A stretch of 64,000 nt of DNA from Strigamia acuminata (lineage: Eukaryota): the NCBI GenBank assembly GCA_949358305.1, contig OX442314.1:13702001-13766000 (forward strand). Direction: 5' to 3'. Shown in pieces: positions 26,126-37,587 of the stretch (position 1 is the first letter of the stretch; every line of letters begins with the position of its first letter). The notes below the pieces were generated by a model that did no database searches, was not told where the DNA came from, and saw only the letters and a list, made by a program, of their open reading frames with translations. The position numbers were made by a program, and so were the translations under genes.

Positions 26126-26473
26126 CCGTCTTCACCCGAAAATAACAGAAGTCTGTTATATTCGAGTTTTTTTCAAAAACCTGATTTTTTCAAAGTTTGT
26201 TGGATTTTAACACCGCTTCAGCTACACAACAGTGTTGTATTCGAATAAAACACAATGGTGGTGTTATACAGTCGAAATTCTTTATAACGAATCGCGATAT
26301 AACGAATTATCGATATAACGAATACCTAAAAATGGCTGGTTTGGTTGCCTGGCCATAGAACACCATGTTAAAAAATTTCGATATAACGAATTCTCGTTAT
26401 AACGAATCGGTTTTTTGGGTCCCTTGCGATTCGTTATAAAGAGTTTCAACTGTATTCGAATACAACACCACGG
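26126..26473. mobile_element. Degenerate Tc2-like host element interrupted by a younger MITE
   Basis: TA+ccgt...acgg ends; tgtt(a/g)tattcga motifs near 26154, 26233 and, split by the insertion, 26262/26455. Confidence 0.5.
26269..26452. mobile_element. pogo/Tigger-like MITE, fuller copy (184 bp)
   Basis: TA TSD at 26267-26268 and 26453-26454; 27-bp TIRs match 25/27; subterminal tataacgaat repeats. Confidence 0.92.
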
Positions 26474-29400
26474 CATTTCAAAATACACTGCAATACAATG
26501 TAATTCCAATGTATTTTTGAACCATACAGAAACTTTTGATATACAGCAGCATAAAAAATTTGTAAATTGCAATATTTTATCCATATATGAATTAAATCTA
26601 GCTAGTCATTTGCTTAGTTCTATGAAGCTATGCGAAAACCATAAATTTTCCTTTCAGTCATTTAAAATTCCTGGCATTGTAAATTTATATGTTAATTTGT
26701 ACAGCTTTTATGATTTATAACATCTTGACTTAAGTCGTTTAGTGTTTAGGTACTTAAAGGCACAAAAGAAGGGAGGAAAATGCTGACTGTTTAATACCAG
26801 ACATATTTAACACTTCATATAAGGGTAATAATTTTTATGTTCTGGGCATTATGAAAGCACACCAACCTTACATAGGAAATAAAAATAAAAACCAGTCGAC
26901 TCATGCCCTTTAATGCTCATTTTGTTAACAATTTTTCAATTTCATAAAAACCTCGAAGGTCGAAAAGCTTAATTTTCTTTTATTAGTTTACTATTTAATA
27001 AATCTGATTAAAGACGTGAATAACAGCCAATAAATGTCTTTTATTCTCGCTTACTCGACGCGCAAATAAACACTTTTCCACATAAAAACCTACACTGCAT
27101 TTGTATTTCATTCAATTAAGTAAATTCTTCTCGCACCGGAAATTTTGATGCCAAAAGAAAACAACAGCCAGTTGTTTTGAATTATGAAAGAATTTCTTAC
27201 TCATTGGCTGCATGAAAGCCCACGAAGAACAGCAACTCGAAACTTTGTGAGAATGTCCATTAGAATCTCCTATTTCAATGTCATTCGAGTCATGAAAAAC
27301 ACTTAAGAGTCGCAAGATATGCAAAAAATATGTTCTCAAATTATTCCAAACCCAAACGACGAACAATTAATATACCTAGCTTAAGTCAAACTTAAAGATT
27401 AACTTGGCGTTTTATGGGCAAGGCCTTTGAGGTTTCATTAATAATTTGACTATATATATTCAGGGGAGCAGTTTATATCTTGTCACCACACATTCTTAAT
27501 CACTTAAAAGATAGCTGCGGCTAATTTGCCATGGCATCAATGGTGCATGCCAAGGATGATGGCACGATAACACCGGAACTAACAGCAAACCACTCAACAT
27601 CATCCTTTTCTATTACTCCATTAAAAAAAAGATCCATCTATATCTGAGTAACTTGTCATTCCAAAACCAGAAAAAAAAACATAGAAACTAAAATAAAATA
27701 TAAAACTTTTTCTTTCGCTATCAATTATCAAGTTCCAATTGGCCATATAACCCAAATCAGGTAATTTTCTTCTGATTGCACCAGGTCACTCAACATTCTC
27801 CTGCATAAAATTCCATTAGAATTATATGTATATGCCCAACCCACACAGATTACACCTTCAGATAAAAATGCTTTTTCATACATCATCAACAAATCTTGGT
27901 TTCTTTTCGTGACAGCTTGTGAGCACACACGATGGGACATCCTTCACGAAAAAAAGAAGGAAAAAGACTGACATACAACAGATAAAAGTAGAAAAGAACA
28001 GAGAAATTATTTTTTTCCCTTCTTTTCTTTCTCCCTCCTTCCTCCACTTCAACAAACCAGTCTTTCATTATATCCCAGGTCTAGACCACGACATAATTAT
28101 TATTTAAGACAAGTTTTTTTTTAATATTTCTACAGAAAAAAAAATCTCGAAATATCCAAAGAAAAGTGATAATATGTGTTGTAGCCGAATATCGGCTTAT
28201 TTTTTTTGTACCATACAATATAAGATATCGGCTTATAAGATGGCCGCCTGTCAGTCGTTGCAGCGACGCCTTAATTAAAATTCAGCAAACGTCCAAGCAA
28301 GCACAAGCCTACCTATAGCTAATGACAAGACTGTAATGGAGAAATGCGATACGCATCACGCACACAAATTATAGATATTTTATGAAAGCTAAACTCAAAA
28401 AATAGACATGAATACCGCAGCACATTGAAACTATAAACATAAACTTATTTCCAAAAAAAAATTTAAAAAAAATTAAAAAAAAAAAAATCTCACCACTGTT
28501 TTTCGATTGTATTATTGATATCATTTATTAGGAAGTGGTGCACGATCCTTGACATATAAAAACAGAAAACCAAACACTGCTGACTCATCTATACTCACCC
28601 CACACACTCACCACAAAAGCTTTTACAATCGACAAAAAAGAGAGAACTAAAGGTTAAAACCCAAAGCCTCATTCAAACTAATCAAATCTCCATCCCCACG
28701 ATCCCCCCTTTTACCCTTACACAAAAATAGAAAAAAAATAATGGCAAGGCCCAAATGGCTGCGATTGTATTGAAGTGTATTTTCAAATGCATTGGGTTTT
28801 ACGAGAATGCGTTTTGTAATTCATTTTTCCATGCTATTGGTTTGTAAACCGAATTATTTAATGTACAAATAATATACTAAATTCCACAAAATGTTAAACA
28901 TCAAATGAAAAGCAATATGTCGTAAAAATATATTTTTGAACCATATGGTAACGAGCGAGCAAAACCAAAAATTTACGTTATTTTATAATTTCATTTCTTT
29001 AACGCATTTTGCTACACTTCCTTTCCAGACCACATACCCCGGCCCGCCTTTAATAATTGAGCAATATTATTTTTTCACGTGTTTCCTCGATTCGTTCGAT
29101 AAAACTTTTTAGAACGGAGGAGGAAACCGGGGAGGGCGAGATGAGAGAAAGAGCGAGATTCGCGTGACGTGCGCCGAGACTGGGCTCATTGATCAGAAAA
29201 GTCTTGGCGCCACGCAAAGGTTTCGTCAAAAGGAAGCGAAACAAAAAAACGAACACACTTCACTTTTTCTTTCTTGTTTTTCTCCGATTCCCGACTCAAA
29301 ATTCGACAACTTGTCAAGCCCTTCACTAAATGCAACATCACTCGACAAGTTTGATTTCGCTCAGCTGTTCAGGCCCAACTTATTTTGGTTAGGTCTCGCT

Positions 29401-31223
29401 TCACACGACCTCAAACGTCGTTGCAACAATAAACAAAATCTCACCCACTTGAATGCCACGACCATTGAAGAGTTCCTCGACTTAATTACGCAATGGCACT
29501 CATCTCTTCGCCGATTCTGTCCTCCCTAGTGGCAGTTTGCTTTTCCAACTCACTAAATTGCAACTAAATCAAGTTACGCCGCGGAGTATTCGCGTAAACT
29601 AAACATTTACGGAGACATTCAACTGTCATCTACGCTACAGCCAAGTCCCATTTCACTTTAATGGATTATGATATTTATTATTGATACACCGTATTTAAAT
29701 TTAAATGAATTCAACGTCCAATCCTTTACGATTATGTTGGATAATTCCAAAATGCATTCCAAAACATTACCTCAGTGTCGTTTGTGCAAGCAATGGTGAC
29801 AATTGGCGTCCAAAAATACCAACATAAACCTGACACAGGTGGTTACATCTAAAATGTGAATCAAATTGCGTTGCAGTTTTAGCTGCAGATAGGGCCACTG
29901 GAGAGGAAGTGATGTCATTAAATGTGACACGGCACACGAGACACGAGTGTTTTAGAACGCACCTGCAGTCGGGAATGCTTTAAATCCCCGCTTCGTTTTA
30001 GCATTATTTTATGCGTTTCTACATGTTTTTTTTGTCAATTGGTTCGCAGGTGTGTGTCAGCTAAATTGATTGGAGCGTTTTTGTTCGTAGCTCGTCCCGT
30101 ATCAAAGACAACCTCTTATTTCTCGCGCAAAATGCCAAAATATTCCTATTTTCGAAACTTTAAATTGCTGAAATTGCTTTAATTAAATTCTGTCATATTT
30201 AAACAATGTCATTCCGCACACCAAATTACATTACACTCGATACGAGCATTCCAAATATGCCACATTTAAATATTTCATTCTCAAATGATCTAAACTTCTA
30301 TAAATTATTAATTTTACCTCCAAAACCACCAATTTATAACTTTTAAATTTAAAATAAAAATCAAATAAAATCAAAAATAAATTAAAATATATAAAATATA
30401 AAAAGTACTTACATAACCTTTACGATTCATCCATTCCTTTATCTCCAACTACCTACAACATAATAAAAACATGTTTTGAGTACGTAAGTCGAAATAAAGA
30501 CATTTCAATTCATTGATCTTCTGTCAACGCTGAGACTAAGAATAAGGGAAAAAAAAAAACAGAAAAAAGAAAAAAAAATCAAGGAACTTATTTTATACTG
30601 CAATGACAAGACTCTAAACTTCCCTATTCCTTTAAATCCCCCTTCATTGAACTTAACCCAGCGAACAGTACGAAGACACATGAAAGAGGGATAAAAATCA
30701 ACATTTTAAGTAAATATTTAACAACTGTCTGCGACTGTCAACATCACCAATTCCCTCGGGACACACTGGATCACGTCGTGAAAGATTACTCGCGACCATT
30801 AAATAACTAAACTGTAATTACAAACAACTACTTTTATCATAATCCATCCTCGACTCCCCTATCTGCTCATTAATTACAATCTAAGAGGGCAAAAAGAAAG
30901 ACGCTTTTCTCAGAAATATTTACTTACTCAAGAAAATAACAACAAACAAATTCCCATGGAAGTGACGCGAGCGAAAATTAATTAATCAATCAACATTTTA
31001 CATTCTCCTTAATGAGAAAAGGAGAATCATTATCAAAATAAACACAAAATTCTGAAAAATTAATAAAAATAAACTCTTCTCCGATCGGGATAAAAGAAGC
31101 AGACAAAGACATTTCCCGTTTAATGCCAATCAGATCACGATCAATCTTCATCGCAATCACGTCATTACATTTGCATCCCCTTAACCAGCCAATCACATTG
31201 TCACCTATTCGTTTAGGCATGTA

Positions 31224-31467
31224 CCGTATTTTACCGATTAAGAGTCGCCCTCGAATTGTAGCCGCGGCTTAGACACCAAGAATACCGTATTTTTGCAAAA
31301 GTACGGTGTTGTTTCCGTTTTTAACCTCACAAACGATGAACATTAAACAAATGTAACAAACGAAAAACCGAAATTGTAATCGCTGACAAAAATGGCAGTT
31401 TTGAATAAGAGCCGCGGCTCTTAATATCGATTAAGAGCCGCGGCTCTTATTCAAAACTGCCATTTTT
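31224..31467. mobile_element. Rearranged Tc2-like MITE remnant
   Basis: TA followed by ccgtattttaccgattaagagtcgcc as left end; 30-bp near-palindrome at 31281-31310; agccgcggct motifs; terminal 80-bp inverted repeat. Confidence 0.7.
31388..31467. repeat. Inverted repeat, perfect 38-bp arms and 4-nt spacer
   Basis: aaaaatggcagttttgaataagagccgcggctcttaat-atcg-attaagagccgcggctcttattcaaaactgccattttt. Confidence 0.95.
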
Positions 31468-32452
31468 ATAAATACAATATTTAAATTCAATCTTTTGTTT
31501 AATAAAATCAGTCTACTTGGTTACACCAAACCCAACGCTTCGCTATTGACTCACACAGATAAAAAGCTTCTTATGGCCTAGGTATTTCTATCAGGAATGA
31601 GAAGAGAGAAAATGCATTCTCTCACCTACCTCCAACATCCCCAGCCTCGTTTTCGTGACGGCCTGCTAATTAAACGCCTCCAATTCAAATGGCACGAGCA
31701 AAATGCTGATGAGGAGACGAATTGCTACGACATGCTTTCATTTCCTCGCCCATTATTCAGCCTTTATCACTTCTAACCACATTTGTACCCTCCGAACGCG
31801 ATCCGAAATGAATGAGTCTCACCTCATCAACAACTCAGAATCCCACAAAACTTAGCATCGTAAAATTACCAAACTCGATCGTATAAATGTTCGGCTCCAA
31901 CTTAATTTACACAGTCACCATCCCTCCCATTATATAATATCTGCTCATAAACCGAATTAAGAGGTGGATCCTACCCTGCAATCATCAAATAATGTGCTGA
32001 GTCGAAGCTCTTTCCTTTAATATCCGGCAGTCACCGACTGAGTTCCCCAGTTGGTGCGCACTTTCGGGTCAGCAGGACCGGAAAACAGAAATTGAGCCTC
32101 TTCCATTCGCTCAGCATCCCTTTTCAAACAATGACTGGGGAGAAGGAAAACTTCACTGCACTGGAGCTATCCTAAATCTCCTTCATTCGAAAATTGCTCC
32201 CGCCCAATATCATTCAAAAATATATTTTACAATATATTGCTTTTCGCTTAATGCATTCCAAAATGTTCAAGTACATTAAATTCTGCATTTCACAATATCA
32301 TTTTCAGAATATACTATATACTTTCAATGTATTTTTGAATCATATGGGCCTTTACATCAAAGTTTTCAATATACCTTTGTGTATTTTCATTTTGAATTCT
32401 ACCGATGCACACAACAAATCAAACTTCGGCTTTTTAAACTCAATTAATGAAG

Positions 32453-32536
32453 TTAATAAAAATGTCTGGTCACATTTTTATTAATAAAAATGTCTGGTCA
32501 TATTTTTATTAATAAAAATGTCTGATGACATTTTTA
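32453..32536. repeat. 28-bp tandem repeat, 3 copies, each quasi-palindromic
   Basis: ttaataaaaatgtctggtcacattttta and variants start at 32453, 32481 and 32509. Confidence 0.93.
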
Positions 32537-35500
32537 TGATTGCCCAGATGTTGGGGCAATCTCTTTTTTTTGTTTGGACGGGCGGGGAGAAGAGTGGGAT
32601 GGGAAATGGAAACTAGATTTTTTCAAAATCGGAAATTAAAACTATAAATTGTATGCATACCTATGGGATGGTATGCAAAATTGTAGTCTTAAACCATTCT
32701 GTATGTATATTTATTTTTAATGTCTTTCTGTTCATGTTATTTGATCATAAAACTCGCTAAATCTCTAGTATTATCTATCATAAAATATAAGCAATTTAAC
32801 CTTCATTTAACATATAGTAGCTGCAAATTAAACATTTTTTCCCCTTACTTTTTACACGGAACAAAACCTATTATGCCATAAATTAAGTCATCCAAAAGAC
32901 CTAACAAGACATTTATTCCTTTAGTCACTTCCACCACGTTGTAAAAAGACTAACCCACAAATCATTTCCATAAACCTTGTCGTGATCCTGTCTTACTGTT
33001 AATGCAAAATTGGGGAATATCTTACCCTACGAAATAATACATGCTGGTATGTTTAATATTTAAATAAAATTACTTTTATTTAACTATAAATTTGTTATAC
33101 ACTTTTTACTGATAATTACTACTGGTCTCGGCTCCTATCGGCGGGATTATTCAGGCTTGCACGACTGCACGTGGTCTGTTGATTTTCTAGGATTAAAATG
33201 GCGTCTTCACCACGCGTGTTCGGAAAACGCTTCGCTCAGCAAGTGAATGGCTTTCGCTATTTCTCAATTCGATCGTGTTTAGCCACGATAAAAGATTTGA
33301 CTTCAATACTATAGATGACTTGGGCAACTGGCATCGGTCCTCGATCAATCCGGTGTTTATTCGGCCTGACGATGAGGTGTGATTCTACTGTTGCTATTTT
33401 ATCTATCAGTGTCTTTTCTTCAAAGCTCCCGGGTTTACATACGGCAGTCAATACCGGAACCGGAAATGAAGTATCTTCGAAGTTTTATGTAAATTCTGGA
33501 TGACGTCATGATAGGGTCACGGAAACCACAAAACTAGTTCAGCTAGTTCAGTTTAAACAAACATACTACTGATCACAATGCAATGAAAATATTTATTCAA
33601 CCAGTCATAATACATTTCCACATCTATTTGTGACTCCGGGTCACAACAACCTCGCGCTTAAACTTGCGAAAACAAAATGTTTTTTAAAAAAATTAAACAA
33701 AAATAAAAATTTATATAAATTTTTTTTGAAAAAATTGTGAATCAAATCGACCTGTGCAGTAACTCGTGAAAAATCTGCAGCCCTGTAATCCAGTCAAGTG
33801 GAGCAGGCAAGAAGACTGAAGAGTAATCAAAACCAGAGAGCTTAACGAGAAGCTCATCTTAATGAAGCGAAGATCAAAGCCCAAGAAATCCCTTGTAATT
33901 CTTCAGGAAAAAAAAAACACAGAGGGCAATTTTAAAAAATAACGCTAATTTATGTATTTATTCATTTCGCAATTAGTTTTTTCACGTGTACTACCAAGCT
34001 TAATTTATACAGTTTTCAATATTGCATCATAAAAAATAAAAAAAAACAAATATTTCAGTTTTCCCACAGCACCATCTCATGATCAAAATCAATCTTTAGC
34101 TTGACAAATATTCAAATATTTAACAGTCATGATAAATTCATGGCCAAATACCTTTTGTAATCGAATTTACAAACCTATTACTGATATTGTGTGGTAAATA
34201 TATTCCGTCCAACACACATCCGAAGAAGCTATCAAACTTTAATGCCATTTTAAATTGATTTCTGGACTTTATTCTGTCCCAGACCATTAAAAAACCTTAT
34301 TCGATTCACCTTGTGACCTTTACAACTTGGAAAAAAATAAAATAACTCTTTCCCGAATTAACTATTGATTACTTACTTTCATTGATTAAATTTTTAAACC
34401 GATTTATAAAAACAAAAACAAAAAATAAAATAAAACAAAACAAAAAATAATGTTAATTGAAACTATATTCCGAGTTAATTTCAAGAGAAAATATTCTCTA
34501 ATTTAAAACTTTTATGATTCCATCACATGAGCAGTGATGAACTTTTATAGTGCCTGTTAAACTTTTATGACGCCAATGTAGCTCTTGAAACCTAGTCTAG
34601 CATCAAATGGGAACGAACATGATAAGTAAAACTATACAAAACTTCTCTAACCATTTTCAAGAGATACTTCTTGTGTTTTATTTACGTTTAATTTACATAT
34701 ATGTTGGTTCTAAGTTGTTTATTATTCCTTTTTGTGTTCTTACGCCTGCGCAGTACATTTCTCTTATGCGCACTTAGCATTATGACCTTGATGATCAGTA
34801 GAGTAAGTGCTGATGCCGGTGCGTGTCTCAAGATCGAGTGATCGTTTAATATATGACTGTTATATAATCAGCAAGCTGTTTTCAACTAAATAATAATGGA
34901 CAAATTGCTCTGTTCTAGATAGTGAGCGCAATCATAAAGTCATTCAGACTGAACAGCATATTTGAACTGCTTTTTAACTGCTTGTCTCCATCTAACTTCA
35001 AAAATGACAGTGGGCATGCGCACGACATTTAAACAACAAGTTAAAGGTCAGGAAGAGAAATGAAAAATTTCTCTAATCTCTTTGATGTAACCTTAAAAAA
35101 GGTTATAGAATATATTTTTCTGCAAAACTTAAGCAATAATAAAGAATTAGTGGCTTAACATGATCAAACCGTGTTTTTACCATTTGAAAAAGGAAACCAT
35201 TTTGCCTAATGCATCCTGGGATTTCACGTCATCGAGGTAAACACACACCATGCGTACATTGTTTCGCAATAACACTGTTACCGCACATTTCACTCATTTG
35301 TTACCATGGGGTATTGTGCAGCTGTGGAATGCCAAAATTGATCAAAAAGTGCATTTGTGGATGCGCCTAGCGTATTTATATGTTCGATAGTATGCAGGAA
35401 ACTATACACAATCCAAATACATCAATACTATCATCATTTATAATGAGGCGGTTACTGCAATACTTAAATCACGCGACAATTCTTAACGTCAGCACAAAGT

Positions 35501-36118
35501 ACTCTCTTGTGACATACTAATAAAAATACTTTGTTTGTTCTTCTCTTCCCCTTAATAGAATTGACCTAAAATGTGTTTATCTAAGCAATACATCCTGAAC
35601 GAATTTTTCAAAATAGCCGGAGACGAAGACACAAACCAAATGGTTTAAATTCAAGTTCTTATTTATTTATTGTCTTTATGCTTCATGTTTTTAGATTAGT
35701 GTGTCAAGTGTGTGCCATCTAAATTTTTAAGAGGCTTTTTATTCACGATTTCAGATAAAAGCGTTTATTGTGAGGAAAGCCCAAGAAATGGTATATGTTT
35801 TTCTTCCCGATCTACCTAATGCACAAATTTAATAAATTCAGACACTCAGTCATGTTTTGAAATTCAGCCACGGATATAGAGAGGTTTTTAAAACGATCGA
35901 ATTACAACGCGCTTGACTTTGACAATCCCAACAATCGAATAAATTCGCCCGATTATTGAAATTCCCTATAGCGAATATTCTCTAATGCCTAGTTCACACT
36001 TGAACCACTTACGTAGAAGTTGCGACTTTTAGAAAGTCTAATTTCTACAAGTGTGAACGATCTATTTTTCGACTGTTCACACTTATTCATTAGTTATGTA
36101 CCTTTGTTACGCTATACC

Positions 36119-36190
36119 AATTTGCTGCAGTTCCTCCACAAAAAATATAATAATAATAATACAAATTCGCTCCAGTTCCTCCACCAAAAA
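36119..36190 (+). repeat. Short diverged direct duplication
   Basis: aatttgctgcagttcctccacaaaaaa and aattcgctccagttcctccaccaaaaa, about 45 bp apart. Confidence 0.75.
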
Positions 36191-37559
36191 AAGAAAAATA
36201 ATTACCAAGTCTTTACTCAAATTACAAAACAAAAACAATTAAAAAAACAATTTTAAAAAGCACTACATCAGTTTTAGAACTTTCAGGTGCAAAATCAAAG
36301 GACATCTGTTTTCTCAAACTTCCAACATATAATTTTCAAGGAAAAAATTGAAAAAAAGAAGAGAAAAAAAAACCATACCATCACGCAAATTAAATTAGCA
36401 CTTAATGCAGGTGGTACAGCTTGATCATACACTAATTTTTTCCAACAAGCAAAACGACCCCCACACCTCTCGAACCATTTAATTTCCAACTTTATTTCCA
36501 AATTACAAAACGCTCCCTCCCCACTTCTACCCATTCCCCAACCCCATAAACCAAAAAATGCAATTAATAAATACCCATATATTTATTAGCCAATTACAGT
36601 CCCCCACCCCCGACAAAAAGAAAAGAAAAAAACACACGAGCAGACACAGACAGAGATCAATTATTCATCAACTCATATCTCGGAAGTAATTAGACCCAAA
36701 CACACGCACATAAATTAGATTAACATGCAATTCTCTTACCTTCTTTTAATTCCACCAAGCTTTTTCTCCATCAACTTCCAAACATCCAATCGCCTCCTAT
36801 TCCCCCCTCAGACTCAGCCCAACTTCTTAACCCGGCTCTCAGCGCTCCCTCGCACACACCAAATGCAAAGTAATTGCAAATTTAAAGGAGGGTAAAAAAA
36901 ATCCTATTCATCCCAACTATTTTCTAATCATCTTCTTCAGCACGATTATCAGCAAACGGGCCATTGAGTGAAACCAGGGGGCGTCTCACCGCCTCACCCT
37001 CTCTCGCCATTCACGCGAATTCCACTTCAACTCTCCATTTAATCAAATCAGCAAAATCGCATCAACTTTTCCGCTTTTAATTCTCCTCGTCGTCAAACTT
37101 CTCATCAACCAAAGAGAGAGTTCAGGTGGGAGGCGTTCATTAATGACTAGATTGGCCCAGACCATGGACCACACCCACCCAATCCAGTTAAACACCCTTC
37201 ACGGGCAGGGTAAGTGCTAGACACGGCGCGCACTCCAACCTATTCTGTGTGATCGCACACACTTTCTGGCTCAATCAACATGGCAACTAATTTCGCACTG
37301 GATTCGTGGGCTCCAACTAGATGATAAATAGGTCAGCTGATTGGGGCTATGAGTGCGCGCAGAGAAGTCTCGGGGGAAACTTAATCGAATCAAAACTTGA
37401 CGGGGCAAGTAAGCTTCGTTTCCCCCAGACCATCAGTGTGTACGCGTCTGCTTTGGGTGTTGGGTTAGAAAAATGAACTCAAACCACAAAATCGAGAAAC
37501 GACCGCTCATTTCTTCCTGCTCCCAAACTCCCATTCCGGGCAGCCAAGAAAATAAATTA

Positions 37560-37587
37560 CCGTATTTTTCGATTCGAAAACGCACTT
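37560..37587 (+). mobile_element. Solo Tc2-like TIR
   Basis: TA followed by ccgtatttttcgattcgaaaacgcac, similar to Tc2-group (Kanga/MER104-type) termini as I recall them; no partner end seen. Confidence 0.45.

Noticed and set aside
2732..31260. The matching Tc2-like ends as termini of one 28-kb transposon
   Set aside because: They face away from each other (right end at 2770, left end at 31222), so they belong to separate copies.
31706..31725. Minimal hammerhead ribozyme (CTGATGAG...CGAA)
   Set aside because: The core reads GAAT rather than GAAA, and I find no stems I and III.
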